DNA from: Patescibacteria group bacterium
GTDB lineage: Bacteria; Patescibacteriota; Minisyncoccia; Phycocordibacterales; EsbW-18
Length of the DNA: 64,000 nucleotides
Direction of reading: 5' to 3'
NCBI GenBank assembly: GCA_038064475.1
Contig: JBBTTA010000001.1
Location: 47,086-111,085 of the forward strand
Part shown: positions 28,055 to 38,862 of the stretch, in pieces
Layout of the letters: every line of letters starts with the position of its first letter
Numbering within the stretch: position 1 is the stretch's first letter
The notes under the pieces: generated by a model
What the model was told of the DNA's origin: nothing
Database searches by the model: none
Seen by the model: the letters and a program-made list of their open reading frames with translations, nothing else
Position numbers and translations under genes: made by a program

Positions 28055-28861
28055 CTAAGACAACACTCCTGTTGCAACAAGAAGTACGATTGCCGCTGCG
28101 AGTAAAATACGGTACCAAATAAAAATTGAGAAACTGTGACGCTTGAGATAGCTCACAAGGAAATGAATTGCCAAAAGTCCTGAAACAAACGCCGCAATGC
28201 AACCAACAACAAGTGCTGTCATGTCAGTTCCCCCTGTATTTGTTATTTTTAAAAGCGACATAAGGCCGCCTCCAAGTAAAACGGGAAAAGAAAGTACGAA
28301 TGCAAAACGTGTTGCCGCTTCTCGCGTGAGCCCCATAAGCATTCCTCCAGAAATTGTTGCCCCCGAACGCGAAATACCCGGCAAAAGCGCAAGCGCTTGA
28401 AACCATCCAATACGGAAGCCTTTTTGAACTGAAAGTCCGTGCTCCCCTGTGATTCTCTTTTCAGCGACGTACATAAGAAGCGTTCCTACACACAAACCAA
28501 TTGCGACAATGAGTGAGTGCCGAAAGACGCTATCAATCGTGTTTTCTAACAAAAGTCCAAGAACAACTGCAGGCAATGTCCCGATGATGATTGCGTATAA
28601 AAATATTCTATCTGCGTCCAAAACTTCCTTTCGAAATACAATTCCTATTGCGGTTTTGAGAAGTGTAGAAATGTCATTGCGGAAATAGATAAGCACGGCC
28701 AAAAGCGTTGCAAGGTGAAGGACTGCGTCAAAGGCTACATTCCCCTCTGCAGTGATATTAAAAATATCGCGAACGAGAATAAGATGCCCCGTCGATGACA
28801 CAGGCAAAAACTCAGTGAGTCCTTGGGTAATACCCAAAATGAGTGCATGAAAAACATCCAT
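28055..28861 (-). CDS. uppP: Undecaprenyl-diphosphatase
   Basis: QGLTEFLPVSSTGH, PGISRSGATI; start ATG 28861. Confidence 0.96.
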   Translation of the reverse strand: MDVFHALILGITQGLTEFLPVSSTGHLILVRDIFNITAEGNVAFDAVLHLATLLAVLIYFRNDISTLLKTAIGIVFRKEVLDADRIFLYAIIIGTLPAVVLGLLLENTIDSVFRHSLIVAIGLCVGTLLMYVAEKRITGEHGLSVQKGFRIGWFQALALLPGISRSGATISGGMLMGLTREAATRFAFVLSFPVLLGGGLMSLLKITNTGGTDMTALVVGCIAAFVSGLLAIHFLVSYLKRHSFSIFIWYRILLAAAIVLLVATGVLS

Positions 28862-28887
28862 GTAGCTTGATCGTATCACGAAACCCC

Positions 28888-28936
28888 CACTTGGAGGCTT
28901 AGCCTCCAAGTGATAAGACACCGAGTGTCTTATCAC
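28888..28936. repeat. Two tandem perfect inverted repeats
   Basis: CACTTGGAGGC-TTA-GCCTCCAAGTG and GTGATAAGACAC-CGA-GTGTCTTATCAC. Confidence 0.85.
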
Positions 28937-28990
28937 ATTGCGGAAGTCCTTAGTGCTGGGTATACTTTCGTATTACTTTTATCTATCGAT

Positions 28991-29683
28991 ATGGAACCCC
29001 AACAGGAAAATAAATTACTTATCCCCGGAGCGCTTGTGATTGCAGGACTCCTAATTGGAGGCGCAATTTACTTTAAGGGTGACACCCCAGTAAAAACCCC
29101 CGACGACCTCACTCAACCTGCTGAAATCGCAATTGAACCTATTTCTCTAAACGATCATGTGTTGGGCAACCCAAATGCCTCTGTTGTGTTAATTGAGTTC
29201 TCTGACATCGACTGTCCATTTTGTAGAAACTTTGATACAACAATGCACCAGATTATTAATGAATATGGTGCAAGCGGAGATGTTGCGTGGGTCTATCGCC
29301 ACTTCCCACTTGACCAACTACACCCTGACGCACGCAAGAAGGCCGAAGCAACTGAGTGTGTAGCTAAGCTTGGTAGCAATGAGGCCTTTTGGGGCTTCCT
29401 TGGAGAACTTTTTGAGCGAACAGATGAGTCTCTGGCTGATCTTGGTGCACTTGCTGCTGATACAGGAGTTGATCAGACAGCGTTCCAATCATGTCTTGAT
29501 GGTGGAGAATTTATCGATGATGTTGTGGCAGCTGGTGAGGCAGCATTGAAAGCAGGCGGGCGTGGTACACCGTATACGGTGCTTATTGCTCCAAATGGAG
29601 AGAAAGCGGTTATCAGTGGCGCTCAGCCATACGAAGTCGTAAAACAAGCAATCGAAACAGCCCTTCTTCAGACAGCGAACTAG
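28991..29683 (+). CDS. DsbA-family thiol-disulfide oxidoreductase
   Basis: N-terminal TM, EFSDIDCPFC, YRHFPL, GTP, GAQPY. Confidence 0.92.
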   Translation: MEPQQENKLLIPGALVIAGLLIGGAIYFKGDTPVKTPDDLTQPAEIAIEPISLNDHVLGNPNASVVLIEFSDIDCPFCRNFDTTMHQIINEYGASGDVAWVYRHFPLDQLHPDARKKAEATECVAKLGSNEAFWGFLGELFERTDESLADLGALAADTGVDQTAFQSCLDGGEFIDDVVAAGEAALKAGGRGTPYTVLIAPNGEKAVISGAQPYEVVKQAIETALLQTAN

Positions 29684-29713
29684 CTTATAGCTTGTAGCTT
29701 CATTAGCTTTTAG

Positions 29714-29751
29714 AAATAAAAACACCTGCATTAAGCAGGTGTTTTTATTTT
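29714..29751. terminator. Bidirectional terminator
   Basis: AAATAAAAACACCTGC-ATTAA-GCAGGTGTTTTTATTT between convergent genes. Confidence 0.85.
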
Positions 29752-29780
29752 CCTATCTTCCAGATTCCATCTTCTATCTC

Positions 29781-30599
29781 CTACTTTTTATTCAAATCAA
29801 AGCGATAGATCTCGAGAGAGTCTTTTCCTTCAAACATATCCGAGGGGTTTGGTAGGAATAGTTTTCTCGTACGAATATCTTCTGTCGCTTCAACAACAAG
29901 TCGATGAAAAAGTGCGAACTCTTTTCTATGTTTAGCAAAATCGATTACGTGTTTTCGCAACTGTGGCCGTCCGTCTTTATTCCTTCGTTTTTTACACTCG
30001 TATACAACGAATCGTCGCACGGGCTTTTTGAATTCGTAGAGCACGGTAAAGTAATTAAAAAGAGCCTGAATCATGAAAAGTGGATTGTCTGTTTCAACTG
30101 ATCCGTATGAATCCACAAATTTGTGATCGATAATGTCGACCGCTCGCGGGTCAAGTGTTGATACCACAACAAGGTCACTTATCGCTTTAATAGGAATTGG
30201 AACACCGGTAATTGGCGCAAATGCTTTTACTTCAATACCAAGTACTTTGTGTTTTGGTGGCTTGTCTAAATAAAAACCAATCGCTTGTCGATACTCGGCT
30301 TCCATTTCTTTTCGTTTTACTTTCTTTGCACGAAGACTTTTTGCTTTGCCAAAGTTTATTTCAAAATCAGGAACGTTGCGCAAATAATCCGCACCAAGTT
30401 CAATCGCTGCATCCTTTGGAGTTCCACCATAAAAATATTGGAGTGCTGTGTGTGCAGAACGGCCAATTATAGATGCGGGTGTTGCAGGAATATCATAGAC
30501 ACCTTCGACGTACCGTTTGTGCCATGTGAGAGGATTTCGCAGGTACGTCACCAAAGACGAGTAACTCCAGTATTTGATGGGGTATTTCCCTTTCGTCAT
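29781..30599 (-). CDS. PD-(D/E)XK superfamily nuclease-like protein
   Basis: WSYSS, G..AH.AL, ISDLVV, IIDHK, Q...Y motif order. Confidence 0.75.
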   Translation of the reverse strand: MTKGKYPIKYWSYSSLVTYLRNPLTWHKRYVEGVYDIPATPASIIGRSAHTALQYFYGGTPKDAAIELGADYLRNVPDFEINFGKAKSLRAKKVKRKEMEAEYRQAIGFYLDKPPKHKVLGIEVKAFAPITGVPIPIKAISDLVVVSTLDPRAVDIIDHKFVDSYGSVETDNPLFMIQALFNYFTVLYEFKKPVRRFVVYECKKRRNKDGRPQLRKHVIDFAKHRKEFALFHRLVVEATEDIRTRKLFLPNPSDMFEGKDSLEIYRFDLNKK

Positions 30600-30688
30600 T
30601 TATACATTGTAGCAAAAGAAAAAGGCCCGGATTTCTCCGAGCCTTCTTCACGATTTTACGTTCGTGAGATTGATTCTTAACCCACCAG

Positions 30689-31045
30689 TTACCTGAATCG
30701 TGACCGAGATACCGTAGAAACCCACTTTGAGTTCGTACCTACGTTAGTACCCAGACCGAAGATCCACGTCATGACACACAACACCGGGTTGGTATCCCAG
30801 TAGTAGTGGATCGCGAGAATCGCTGCAAGCAGCCGAGGAGCGAAGAACCAACCGAGCCAAGCGAGCCAACCAACCGGATGGGCCGTTGCCACCAACATGG
30901 TAATGCGCGGAAAAAGGTTCATGAATACGAGAAACCAGATTCCGTGCACTTTCCAAAAGTCGGGGTTGGAAGTTGCTTCGATCGTTTGACCTGCACACCC
31001 AAAAACGAGAAGACACGGGATAAACAACACTGAGACTCGATTCAT
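30689..31045 (-). CDS. Orphan membrane protein, possible lipoprotein (118 aa)
   Basis: LVFGC lipobox-like signal, hydrophobic helices, SD AAGGAG, promoter TTGACA-17-CAGAAT (31080-31108), terminator near 30620-30646. Confidence 0.75.
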   Translation of the reverse strand: MNRVSVLFIPCLLVFGCAGQTIEATSNPDFWKVHGIWFLVFMNLFPRITMLVATAHPVGWLAWLGWFFAPRLLAAILAIHYYWDTNPVLCVMTWIFGLGTNVGTNSKWVSTVSRSRFR

Positions 31046-31147
31046 CGAGACTCTCCTTTCAGGGATTTAATCCAAAAAGATTCTGGCAGAATACTTATTG
31101 TTTGTCAATGTCTGGAGTGAAACTCGAGAGGACCCGCGCAGAATCAT

Positions 31148-31205
31148 TTGAGGCGCTTCGTCTCAAGGCATCGGCGTTAAGGATATTTCCTTAACGCCGA
31201 TTTTC
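31148..31205. other. Twin-hairpin element
   Basis: TTGAGGCG/CGTCTCAA hairpin and TCGGCGTTAAGGA-TATT-TCCTTAACGCCGA. Confidence 0.55.
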
Positions 31206-31276
31206 GTTTTATACAAAAGAAAAAGGCCCACCCTTCGTCGCTCTTTCGAGCTAAGAAGGACAGACCTTGTCGAGTG

Positions 31277-31900
31277 CTATTTGATTCTGAAAGAAGCGAG
31301 AGTCCAGTTGTTCTGCCGAAAGGCAAGAACCATAAGAGCCCCGTTCCCGAGGATTCCGACTGCAATGGGATGTACAAGTTGTGGCCAAGCCCATCCTGAG
31401 GGCGAACCCAGTACCACAAGCGTCATGAGGACGTACGCGGTGGTCGCAAGAGCCCAAGGAAGAGGGAGTTCCTTGCCAACATTGGTGTACAACGCATTGA
31501 CCTGTGGCCAGAACGCAAGAAGCATCACACCCTGCAAGAGTAGGTTTGCTAGCACCTTGTCATTCATTGTCCACCAAATCACCACGATACCCATGGCAAA
31601 GATGAAACAGAAAACTTCCAGTATCCGTACAGGCGAGAATTTTCTCTTAAAACACGAGTAGAGAAAAATTCCCACCAACCCGGCGGCGGAAACAACCGTC
31701 ACAACTGTCTTGAGCCAGCTCCCGTCCGCGACTTGAAAATACAGAGCCACGTTGATGATGCTGACGATTGACCGGATGAGAAAGGTTGCCGGATTGGGCG
31801 TCACCTTCTCTCCAGTAATCAAGTAGTACAGATACAATGCCACCGTTCCCAGAAGGAACAGGCTGGCGACCAGCGCAAGCACTGCGACTGTCGTCTGCAT
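31277..31900 (-). CDS. Multi-pass membrane protein (about 7 TM, PQ-loop-like topology)
   Basis: Seven hydrophobic segments, WPQV in the second half; SD GGAGG; promoter TTGACA-18-TATAAT (31971-32000). Confidence 0.75.
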   Translation of the reverse strand: MQTTVAVLALVASLFLLGTVALYLYYLITGEKVTPNPATFLIRSIVSIINVALYFQVADGSWLKTVVTVVSAAGLVGIFLYSCFKRKFSPVRILEVFCFIFAMGIVVIWWTMNDKVLANLLLQGVMLLAFWPQVNALYTNVGKELPLPWALATTAYVLMTLVVLGSPSGWAWPQLVHPIAVGILGNGALMVLAFRQNNWTLASFRIK

Positions 31901-32002
31901 TTTTATTCCCTCCAGAAGTTGTTGTTGGTTTCAGTTGGAATCAACACACTCTCAAAGAACTTACATACATATTATAACACCATTTATACCTATTTGTCAA
32001 TA

Positions 32003-32037
32003 ACACAAAAACCACCCTATTCAGGTGGTTTTTGTGT
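32003..32037. terminator. Terminator after rpoD
   Basis: ACACAAAAACCACC-CTATTCA-GGTGGTTTTTGTGT. Confidence 0.8.
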
Positions 32038-32081
32038 AGCTTCTCCCTTCTATAAGCTAAAAGCTATCAGCTATAAGCTTC

Positions 32082-33350
32082 CTAGTAATTTTTCAGCTGC
32101 TGAGCCTTATGGTGCTGGCGAATACGTTCATGTGCCTTCGCTTCAATCTGACGAATACGTTCACGTGTCACACCAAACTCCTTACCCACCTCTTCAAGTG
32201 TGTGTGCAATACCATCCGTCAAACCGTTACGCAATTCGAGAATCTTTCGCTCCTTTGGAGAAAGCTCTGACAAGACTTCCTGAATGTGCTCTGCCAAGAT
32301 ACGCTGTGATGCTTCTTTATCAGGACTAGGCATATGCTCATCTTTGATGAAGTCACCAAGTGTTGAACCCTTTTCATCGTCGTCACCAACAGGAAGCTCA
32401 AGAGACACCGTATTCTGATTGATTTGCTGAATATGGTGAATCTTCTCTACTTCCATACCCATTTCAACTGCAATTTCTTCAGCCAATGGTTCGCGACCAA
32501 GATCCTGCGCCAAACGACGCACGATACGCTTGTACTTCGCAATTGTTTCCACCATATGGACTGGAATACGAATCGTTCGAGATTGGTCAGCGATTGCACG
32601 TGTCACTGCCTGACGAATCCACCATGTCGCATATGTTGAGAATTTGAAACCCTTCGTCCAGTCGAACTTTTCAACGGCTTTGTAGAGACCGATGTTTCCT
32701 TCCTGAATAAGATCGAGGAGTGTGAGGTTTGAACTGCGATTCGCATACTTCTTTGCAATTGAGACCACAAGACGGAGGTTTGCACGCATGAGCATGTTCT
32801 TTGCTTCTTCATCGCCGAGAGCAATACGCTTCGCCAATTCTTTTTCCATGTTTCCATTGATGAGGTCATATTTCCCAATGTCACGGAGATACATTTGAAT
32901 TGAGTCGTAGCGTGTGTCTTCACGGTGATACACACTCTTCTCATCACGTCCTTCCCCTTCACCAAAGTCCAAAAGGCCCCCGCTTTCAATCACATCAATA
33001 CCTTCAGATTCGAGTTGATCGTAGATTTCTTCGAGGAAGAGCACGTCGTCTTCGATGTTGGGGAACTCCTTCAAAATTTCATCGTAGGTGATGAAACCAC
33101 GCTCACGTCCTTTGACGAAAAGCTTATCCGCCTTTTGACGGCGCGCTGCCTCCTTCTTGGTGAGTTTCTTTGGTGGTGAAACCTTTGCTACCACTTTTTT
33201 GAGACTCACTTTTGCCACCTTTTTTGCGAGAGGCTTTTTTGCTTTAGGAGATTTCTTCGCGACTTTTTTGGATCGCTTTGTGCTCTTCAAAGAAGTTTTT
33301 CTTTTTGAAACTTTCTTCGATGCTGTTCGTTTCTTAGCAGGGCGTGACAT
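32082..33350 (-). CDS. rpoD: Primary sigma factor with Lys-rich N-terminal extension
   Basis: [45 protein letters not shown]. Confidence 0.97.
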   Translation of the reverse strand: MSRPAKKRTASKKVSKRKTSLKSTKRSKKVAKKSPKAKKPLAKKVAKVSLKKVVAKVSPPKKLTKKEAARRQKADKLFVKGRERGFITYDEILKEFPNIEDDVLFLEEIYDQLESEGIDVIESGGLLDFGEGEGRDEKSVYHREDTRYDSIQMYLRDIGKYDLINGNMEKELAKRIALGDEEAKNMLMRANLRLVVSIAKKYANRSSNLTLLDLIQEGNIGLYKAVEKFDWTKGFKFSTYATWWIRQAVTRAIADQSRTIRIPVHMVETIAKYKRIVRRLAQDLGREPLAEEIAVEMGMEVEKIHHIQQINQNTVSLELPVGDDDEKGSTLGDFIKDEHMPSPDKEASQRILAEHIQEVLSELSPKERKILELRNGLTDGIAHTLEEVGKEFGVTRERIRQIEAKAHERIRQHHKAQQLKNY

Positions 33351-33383
33351 AGTGTGTAATTGTATATATTTTAAAATGAAAAC

Positions 33384-35105
33384 CTACGAACGTAAACCCT
33401 CCAACTCTTTTGATAATTTTGTGCACTCCACTAAAATTTCTTTCGCTTTCTCTGCATCTCCCGAACGTTCCGCGACCGCAAGCGCCTGCATCGCCTCCGC
33501 AAAACGGATCTTCAGCATGTCGCTCTTTAATCGAGAAAGCATTTCGTTAATGTGACGCGAAAGTATATCACTGTCTTCAAACGTCGCTTCGGCTTCGAAC
33601 GCAAGTACACCAACTTCTTCCGGCGTGAAGAACTCTGTTGGATGCTTACCAAGCATCTCAACAATCTCTTTCGTTATATGAGGAACATCAAACGATTTCG
33701 TTTCCGCTTTTTCTTGCCATGCCAATATGCCGGCAAGCTCTCGCACAATGTGTGTTGGCCCCTGTGTTTGTTCCGCTTGTGCTCCTCTGGTATCTGTTAT
33801 TTGTTCTCTGTTTTCTTCTTCTGTAAAAGCAACCTTCGCAAGCTCTTCCAAAACCAACGACTCATCAACACCTAGTACGCGGGCAATGGTTCCAATAAAG
33901 TGCGCCTGATCAATACGATTTCCTATAAGCGAAGCGTACGGCAAGACATCAGACCGAACTTTCTGTTTAAACTTCCTATCATCGTCGCCGTGGAGGTTCT
34001 TTGTTCTCGCGAGCAAGAAATCAATAACATGAGACGCTTCACGAATAGCTGTTTTCCATGCGTCCAAATCCTTGCTAATTGTGTCCGCAGGATCACTTCC
34101 TTCAGGTAATGTTGCGATCTTCACATCCATGCCAGCACGGAGTGACATGCGCGCCGTTTTCTTCATTGAAGCAATACCCGCATCATCTGCATCAAGCGCA
34201 ATCAAAAGATTGTTCGTGAAGCGCATTAGTTTTTCGACATGTTGCGGTGTGAATGCTGTACCCATCACCGCAACAGTATTTGTGAAGCCTGCTTGATGCG
34301 ACATGATGAGATCGATTGGTCCTTCAACAAGAATGGCAAAGTCATATTTACGCATCGAACCTTTTGCACGATCAAGACCGTACAATGTTTCTGATTTTTT
34401 GAACAGTGGCGTCTCTGGAGAGTTTATGTACTTCGGTGCATTGTCATTAGAGATCAAAATGCGTCCAGAGAATGCCGCGACGCGACCCGACGCGTCGAAT
34501 ATCGGAAACATCACACGTGCACGGAAGACGTCGTAGTGACCATGTTCTGTTGAAGCACCTTCCGTGTCTTTCTGCTTCACCAAACCGGCGCGACGCATTT
34601 CATCCAATGAAAATCCTTTTTTTAAAAGATAGTCGTGGAGATGTCGCCAGCCATCCGGTGCATATCCAATACGGAATGTCGTGATAGTGCGCTCTTCAAT
34701 TTTTCTATCTGCGAGATACTTCTTTGCGTCCGCTGCTTGTGTGAGTGCACTTTCGAAGAATTGACATGCTTCTTCACATGCAGCGAGCAAACGCTTGTTT
34801 GGGTTGGTGTCGTCAAACGTTTTCGTATCAAGTTGTACACCTGCACGTTCGGAAAGTAATTTGAGTGCGCCGACAAAATCAACACCCTCAAAATGCTCAA
34901 CGAACGTGAAAATATCTCCCTTGGCGCCGCAACCAAAACAGTAGTAGCTATCGCGTTCAGGCGACACGAAGAACGATGGCGTTTTTTCGTTGTGAAATGG
35001 ACAACGCCCTTTGAAGTTCTTTCCCGCTTTCTCAAGCTTGATGTAGCTTGTGACTACGTCAACGATTGAGAGGCGCTCTTTAATCTGTTCGGTTGATGAT
35101 GACAT
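33384..35105 (-). CDS. dnaG: DNA primase
   Basis: CPFHNEKTPSF..CFGC, KYINSPET, VEG..D, DADDAG; start ATG 35105. Confidence 0.97.
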   Translation of the reverse strand: MSSSTEQIKERLSIVDVVTSYIKLEKAGKNFKGRCPFHNEKTPSFFVSPERDSYYCFGCGAKGDIFTFVEHFEGVDFVGALKLLSERAGVQLDTKTFDDTNPNKRLLAACEEACQFFESALTQAADAKKYLADRKIEERTITTFRIGYAPDGWRHLHDYLLKKGFSLDEMRRAGLVKQKDTEGASTEHGHYDVFRARVMFPIFDASGRVAAFSGRILISNDNAPKYINSPETPLFKKSETLYGLDRAKGSMRKYDFAILVEGPIDLIMSHQAGFTNTVAVMGTAFTPQHVEKLMRFTNNLLIALDADDAGIASMKKTARMSLRAGMDVKIATLPEGSDPADTISKDLDAWKTAIREASHVIDFLLARTKNLHGDDDRKFKQKVRSDVLPYASLIGNRIDQAHFIGTIARVLGVDESLVLEELAKVAFTEEENREQITDTRGAQAEQTQGPTHIVRELAGILAWQEKAETKSFDVPHITKEIVEMLGKHPTEFFTPEEVGVLAFEAEATFEDSDILSRHINEMLSRLKSDMLKIRFAEAMQALAVAERSGDAEKAKEILVECTKLSKELEGLRS

Positions 35106-35168
35106 GTGGGAATAGCAGGAAAACATTATATGCTCTCCAAAAACCCTAGCGAACAAAAGTAAAAGGAA

Positions 35169-38100
35169 CTACTCCAACTCAACTGCTGCTGCTTCTGCCG
35201 CACGATACTTCTCTTCCAACTCTTTCTGGAACGCAGTCACCATGTCATGCTTTGGACTACCCGGAAAACCAGTCCCTGCAGGAATAAGGCGTCCGATGAT
35301 GATGTTTTCCTTCAAACCTGACAATGTGTCCTTCTTTCCACGAACCGCTGCATCGATGAGCACTTTGTTTGTGTGCTGGAAGGATGCCGCTGAAAGGAAT
35401 GATGAACGTGAGAGCGCAACGTTTGTGATACCCAATACGAGCGGAATAAGTTTTGCTTCTTTCTTATCAGCCGCTTTTGCTTCTTCGTTCGCTTTGCGTG
35501 CTTCCCACACTTCGATTACTGAACCGCGCTGGAGTCGTGTCTCACCCGCATCCTTAACCTGAACACGTGAGAACATTTGCTTGATGATTGTCTCGATGTG
35601 CTTGCGCGCAACTGCTGCACCCTGCAATTCGTAGATCTTGCTGATTTCATCAATGATGTAGTTTTGTGTTCGTTCTTTGCCCGCGTGTTTGAAGAGTTCG
35701 GTGAGGTCTGCTGAACCGTCCGTAAGGAGTTGCCCCTTTACGACACTATCACCCACCTTCACCAATGGTGTGCGGCGGTAGTACGCAGAGTATTCAATTG
35801 CACCTGCCTTTGCTTTCTTTTCAACTTCAGCGGGAAGCACCTTGATTACCTTTTCGTGACCGCTATCAATAACTTCAGTGACGACACCGTCAACTTCTGA
35901 AATGATTGCTGGGTTTTTCGGAGGTCGGCGTTCGAAGATTTCTTGTACGCGTGGAAGACCAGACACAATATCACCCCCTGCTGCTGCAGTACCACCGGCG
36001 TGGAAAGTACGCATCGTAAGTTGTGTGGCAGGTTCACCGATTGACTGTGCGGCAACCGTACCAATTGCTTCACCGAGTGCGATTGGTTGACCTGAACCTA
36101 AGTCTTTTCCGTAACACTTCTGACAAATACCACGTGATGTCTCACATGACATTACTGAGCGTACGACAACTTGTGTAATGTGAGCCTTTTCAATTTCCTC
36201 TGCAATTTCGTCTGTAACGAATTCACCGCGCTTGTAGAGTGTCTCACCTGCTTGACTCTTTATTTCTTTAGCAAGGAAGCGTCCCGTGATGCCCTTTGAA
36301 AGTGAGACTTCGATACCGCCCAAGTTCTTTGATTCAACAACGAGTCCTTCGCGTGTACCACAGTCTTCTTCGAGAACCACAACGTCTTGTGCCACATCAA
36401 AGAGACGACGTGTGAGATATCCTGACTGTGCAGTGTTCAACGCTGTGTCACCAAGACCCTTACGAGAACCGTTTGTCGTAATGAAGTATTCGATTGGTGA
36501 AAGACCTTCTTTACTTGATGAAAGAATTGGGAAGTCGATTGTTCGGCCTTGTGAACCAGCAATGAGACCCTTCATACCTGCAAGGTTTGTGATCTGACCG
36601 ATGTTACCTCGAGCACCTGACTTCCACATGGTGAAAATAGGACCGTTCACATCGAGTGAATCTCCCACTGCCTTTTCCATGTCGGTACGGAGCCCGTGCC
36701 ATACCTCAATGTGCATGCGGAATCGTTCTTCTTCTGAAAGGAGACCATCGTTAAACTGTGAAGAAATTTCATCTGCTCGTTTGCGTGCGCCTGCAATGAG
36801 TTCGTCCTTACCCTTTGGTGTTGGAACGTCACCAAGAGAAAGTGTTGTGCCTGACTGTGTTGAGTACGTGAATCCAAACTGCTTAATCTTGTCGAGAATT
36901 TTTGCTGTATCAATAGAATCGTACTTTTCAATAAGCATGTTCACCAACTCTGACATTTCTTTCTTTGTTATTTCCTTGTTGATGAAAGGCCACCCTGAAG
37001 GAAGGATTGTGTTGAAGAGAAGTCGTCCAACTGATGTTTCGAATGCTTCACCCTTGAAATGTGCATAGCGAACGCTCTCCGTTGGATACACCCTAATCTT
37101 TGCGCGTGGAGAAACGGCTTTGAAGTCGTAGGCAAGAATCGCATCATTTGGTGTTGCAAATACCTTACCTTCACCCAATTCACCGGAAATCATGCGTGTC
37201 ATCCAATAACAACCGAGAATAATGTCTTGGTGACCAACAGATACAATAGGTGTTCCGCTACCTGGACGGAGCATGTTCTTGTTTGATGCCATGATTTCAC
37301 GTGCTTCCATCTGTGCTTCTTCTGAAAGTGGAACGTGAACAGCCATCTGGTCACCGTCGAAATCGGCATTGTACGCCTGCACCACGAGTGGGTGAATCTG
37401 AATAGCCTGACCTTCAATCAAGATTGGACGGAACGCCTGAATACCAAGACGGTGAAGTGTTGGTGCGCGGTTCAAGAGAACGTATTTGTTCAAAATCACC
37501 TCTTCAAGAATTGCCCATACTTCTGGTCCTGCTTCTTCAATGAGACGCCCTGCGCCACGAATGTTGTATGCGTAGCCACGACTAATCAAACGAGAAATAA
37601 TGAATGGACGGAAAAGTTCCAACGCCATCTGTTTTGGCAAACCACATTGGTCGAGTGCGAGTGTAGGACCAACAACGATAACGGATCGTCCTGAGTAGTC
37701 TACACGCTTACCGAGAAGGTTCTGACGGAAGATACCTTGCTTACCTTTGAGGTTATCTGACAGAGACTTCAATGGACGGCGTTGAGCCTGTGACACAGCG
37801 GCTGAACCACCTGGGTGACGCATCGAGTTGTCGATGAGTGCGTCTACCGCTTCCTGCAAAATACGCTTTTCGTTGCGGAGAATAACTGCAGGCGCGTGGA
37901 TTTCCATGAGCTTCTTCAAACGGTTGTTGCGGTTGATGACACGACGGTAGAGATCGTTAAGATCTGACGTAGCGTGACGTCCTCCTTCGAGCGCAACCAT
38001 AGGACGGAGCGCAGCAGGAATAACTGGAATGTTTGAGAGAAACATCCATTCAGGACGTATCTTTGAGCCCAACATTGAACGGACGAGTCCGAGACGCTTA

Positions 38101-38861
38101 CGAAGCTTCTTCTTGTCCTCCCCCTCACTTTCGAGGAGCTCCCCTTCGAGTTCTTTTGCAAGCTTCTCAAGATCAATCTTCTTCATGAGTTCAAACACCG
38201 CTTCAGCACCAATACCTGCCTCGAAGAATGTACCGTACTTCATTGCGAAACGGCTGTATGTTGCTTCATCAAGAACACTGTATGGTTTGATACCCGTGAT
38301 ATCTTTCTTTGTTGCAAGGTAGACCTCTTTGAGTTTGTCTTTCGATTTCTCATCTTTGAGCGCCTTCAACTTTGCTTTGTATTCAGTATCGAGACCTTTG
38401 AGAAGACTGTCGCGTTCGTCTTCAATAATTGAGGTCACGATGTAGCCCGCAAAGTAAATTACCTTTTCAAGATCTTGTCCTGTCACGTCGAGCATCAAGC
38501 CCATGCGTGATGGCACGTTGCGCAAGAACCAGATGTGCGACACAGGAGTTGCAAGTGTGATGTGACCCATGCGTTCACGACGAACGATTGAGCGTGTGAT
38601 TTCAACTCCACACTTTTCACACACAATACCCTTGTAGCGAATCCCCTTGTATTTTCCACAGTAACATTCGAAATCTCGTTCTGGACCGAAAATGCGTTCG
38701 TCGAAGAGACCGTTCTTTTCACTACGCTGTGTACGGTAGTTGATGGTTTCAGGCTTCGTGACTTCACCGTGTGACCACTCCATCACCTTCTCAGGGCTCG
38801 CAACCTTGATTGTCATCGAATCGAAATCCGACTGCGTTATGTTGTGTTGGTGTCGTTGCAT
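35169..38861 (-). CDS. rpoC: RNA polymerase beta' subunit
   Basis: [29 protein letters not shown]; start ATG 38861. Confidence 0.99.
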   Translation of the reverse strand: MQRHQHNITQSDFDSMTIKVASPEKVMEWSHGEVTKPETINYRTQRSEKNGLFDERIFGPERDFECYCGKYKGIRYKGIVCEKCGVEITRSIVRRERMGHITLATPVSHIWFLRNVPSRMGLMLDVTGQDLEKVIYFAGYIVTSIIEDERDSLLKGLDTEYKAKLKALKDEKSKDKLKEVYLATKKDITGIKPYSVLDEATYSRFAMKYGTFFEAGIGAEAVFELMKKIDLEKLAKELEGELLESEGEDKKKLRKRLGLVRSMLGSKIRPEWMFLSNIPVIPAALRPMVALEGGRHATSDLNDLYRRVINRNNRLKKLMEIHAPAVILRNEKRILQEAVDALIDNSMRHPGGSAAVSQAQRRPLKSLSDNLKGKQGIFRQNLLGKRVDYSGRSVIVVGPTLALDQCGLPKQMALELFRPFIISRLISRGYAYNIRGAGRLIEEAGPEVWAILEEVILNKYVLLNRAPTLHRLGIQAFRPILIEGQAIQIHPLVVQAYNADFDGDQMAVHVPLSEEAQMEAREIMASNKNMLRPGSGTPIVSVGHQDIILGCYWMTRMISGELGEGKVFATPNDAILAYDFKAVSPRAKIRVYPTESVRYAHFKGEAFETSVGRLLFNTILPSGWPFINKEITKKEMSELVNMLIEKYDSIDTAKILDKIKQFGFTYSTQSGTTLSLGDVPTPKGKDELIAGARKRADEISSQFNDGLLSEEERFRMHIEVWHGLRTDMEKAVGDSLDVNGPIFTMWKSGARGNIGQITNLAGMKGLIAGSQGRTIDFPILSSSKEGLSPIEYFITTNGSRKGLGDTALNTAQSGYLTRRLFDVAQDVVVLEEDCGTREGLVVESKNLGGIEVSLSKGITGRFLAKEIKSQAGETLYKRGEFVTDEIAEEIEKAHITQVVVRSVMSCETSRGICQKCYGKDLGSGQPIALGEAIGTVAAQSIGEPATQLTMRTFHAGGTAAAGGDIVSGLPRVQEIFERRPPKNPAIISEVDGVVTEVIDSGHEKVIKVLPAEVEKKAKAGAIEYSAYYRRTPLVKVGDSVVKGQLLTDGSADLTELFKHAGKERTQNYIIDEISKIYELQGAAVARKHIETIIKQMFSRVQVKDAGETRLQRGSVIEVWEARKANEEAKAADKKEAKLIPLVLGITNVALSRSSFLSAASFQHTNKVLIDAAVRGKKDTLSGLKENIIIGRLIPAGTGFPGSPKHDMVTAFQKELEEKYRAAEAAAVELE

Positions 38862-38862
38862 A

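Noticed and set aside
31919-32329. Plus-strand 136-aa ORF and the many other antisense ORFs in the track
   Set aside because: Shadows of well-supported genes; they cross terminators and lack motifs or start signals
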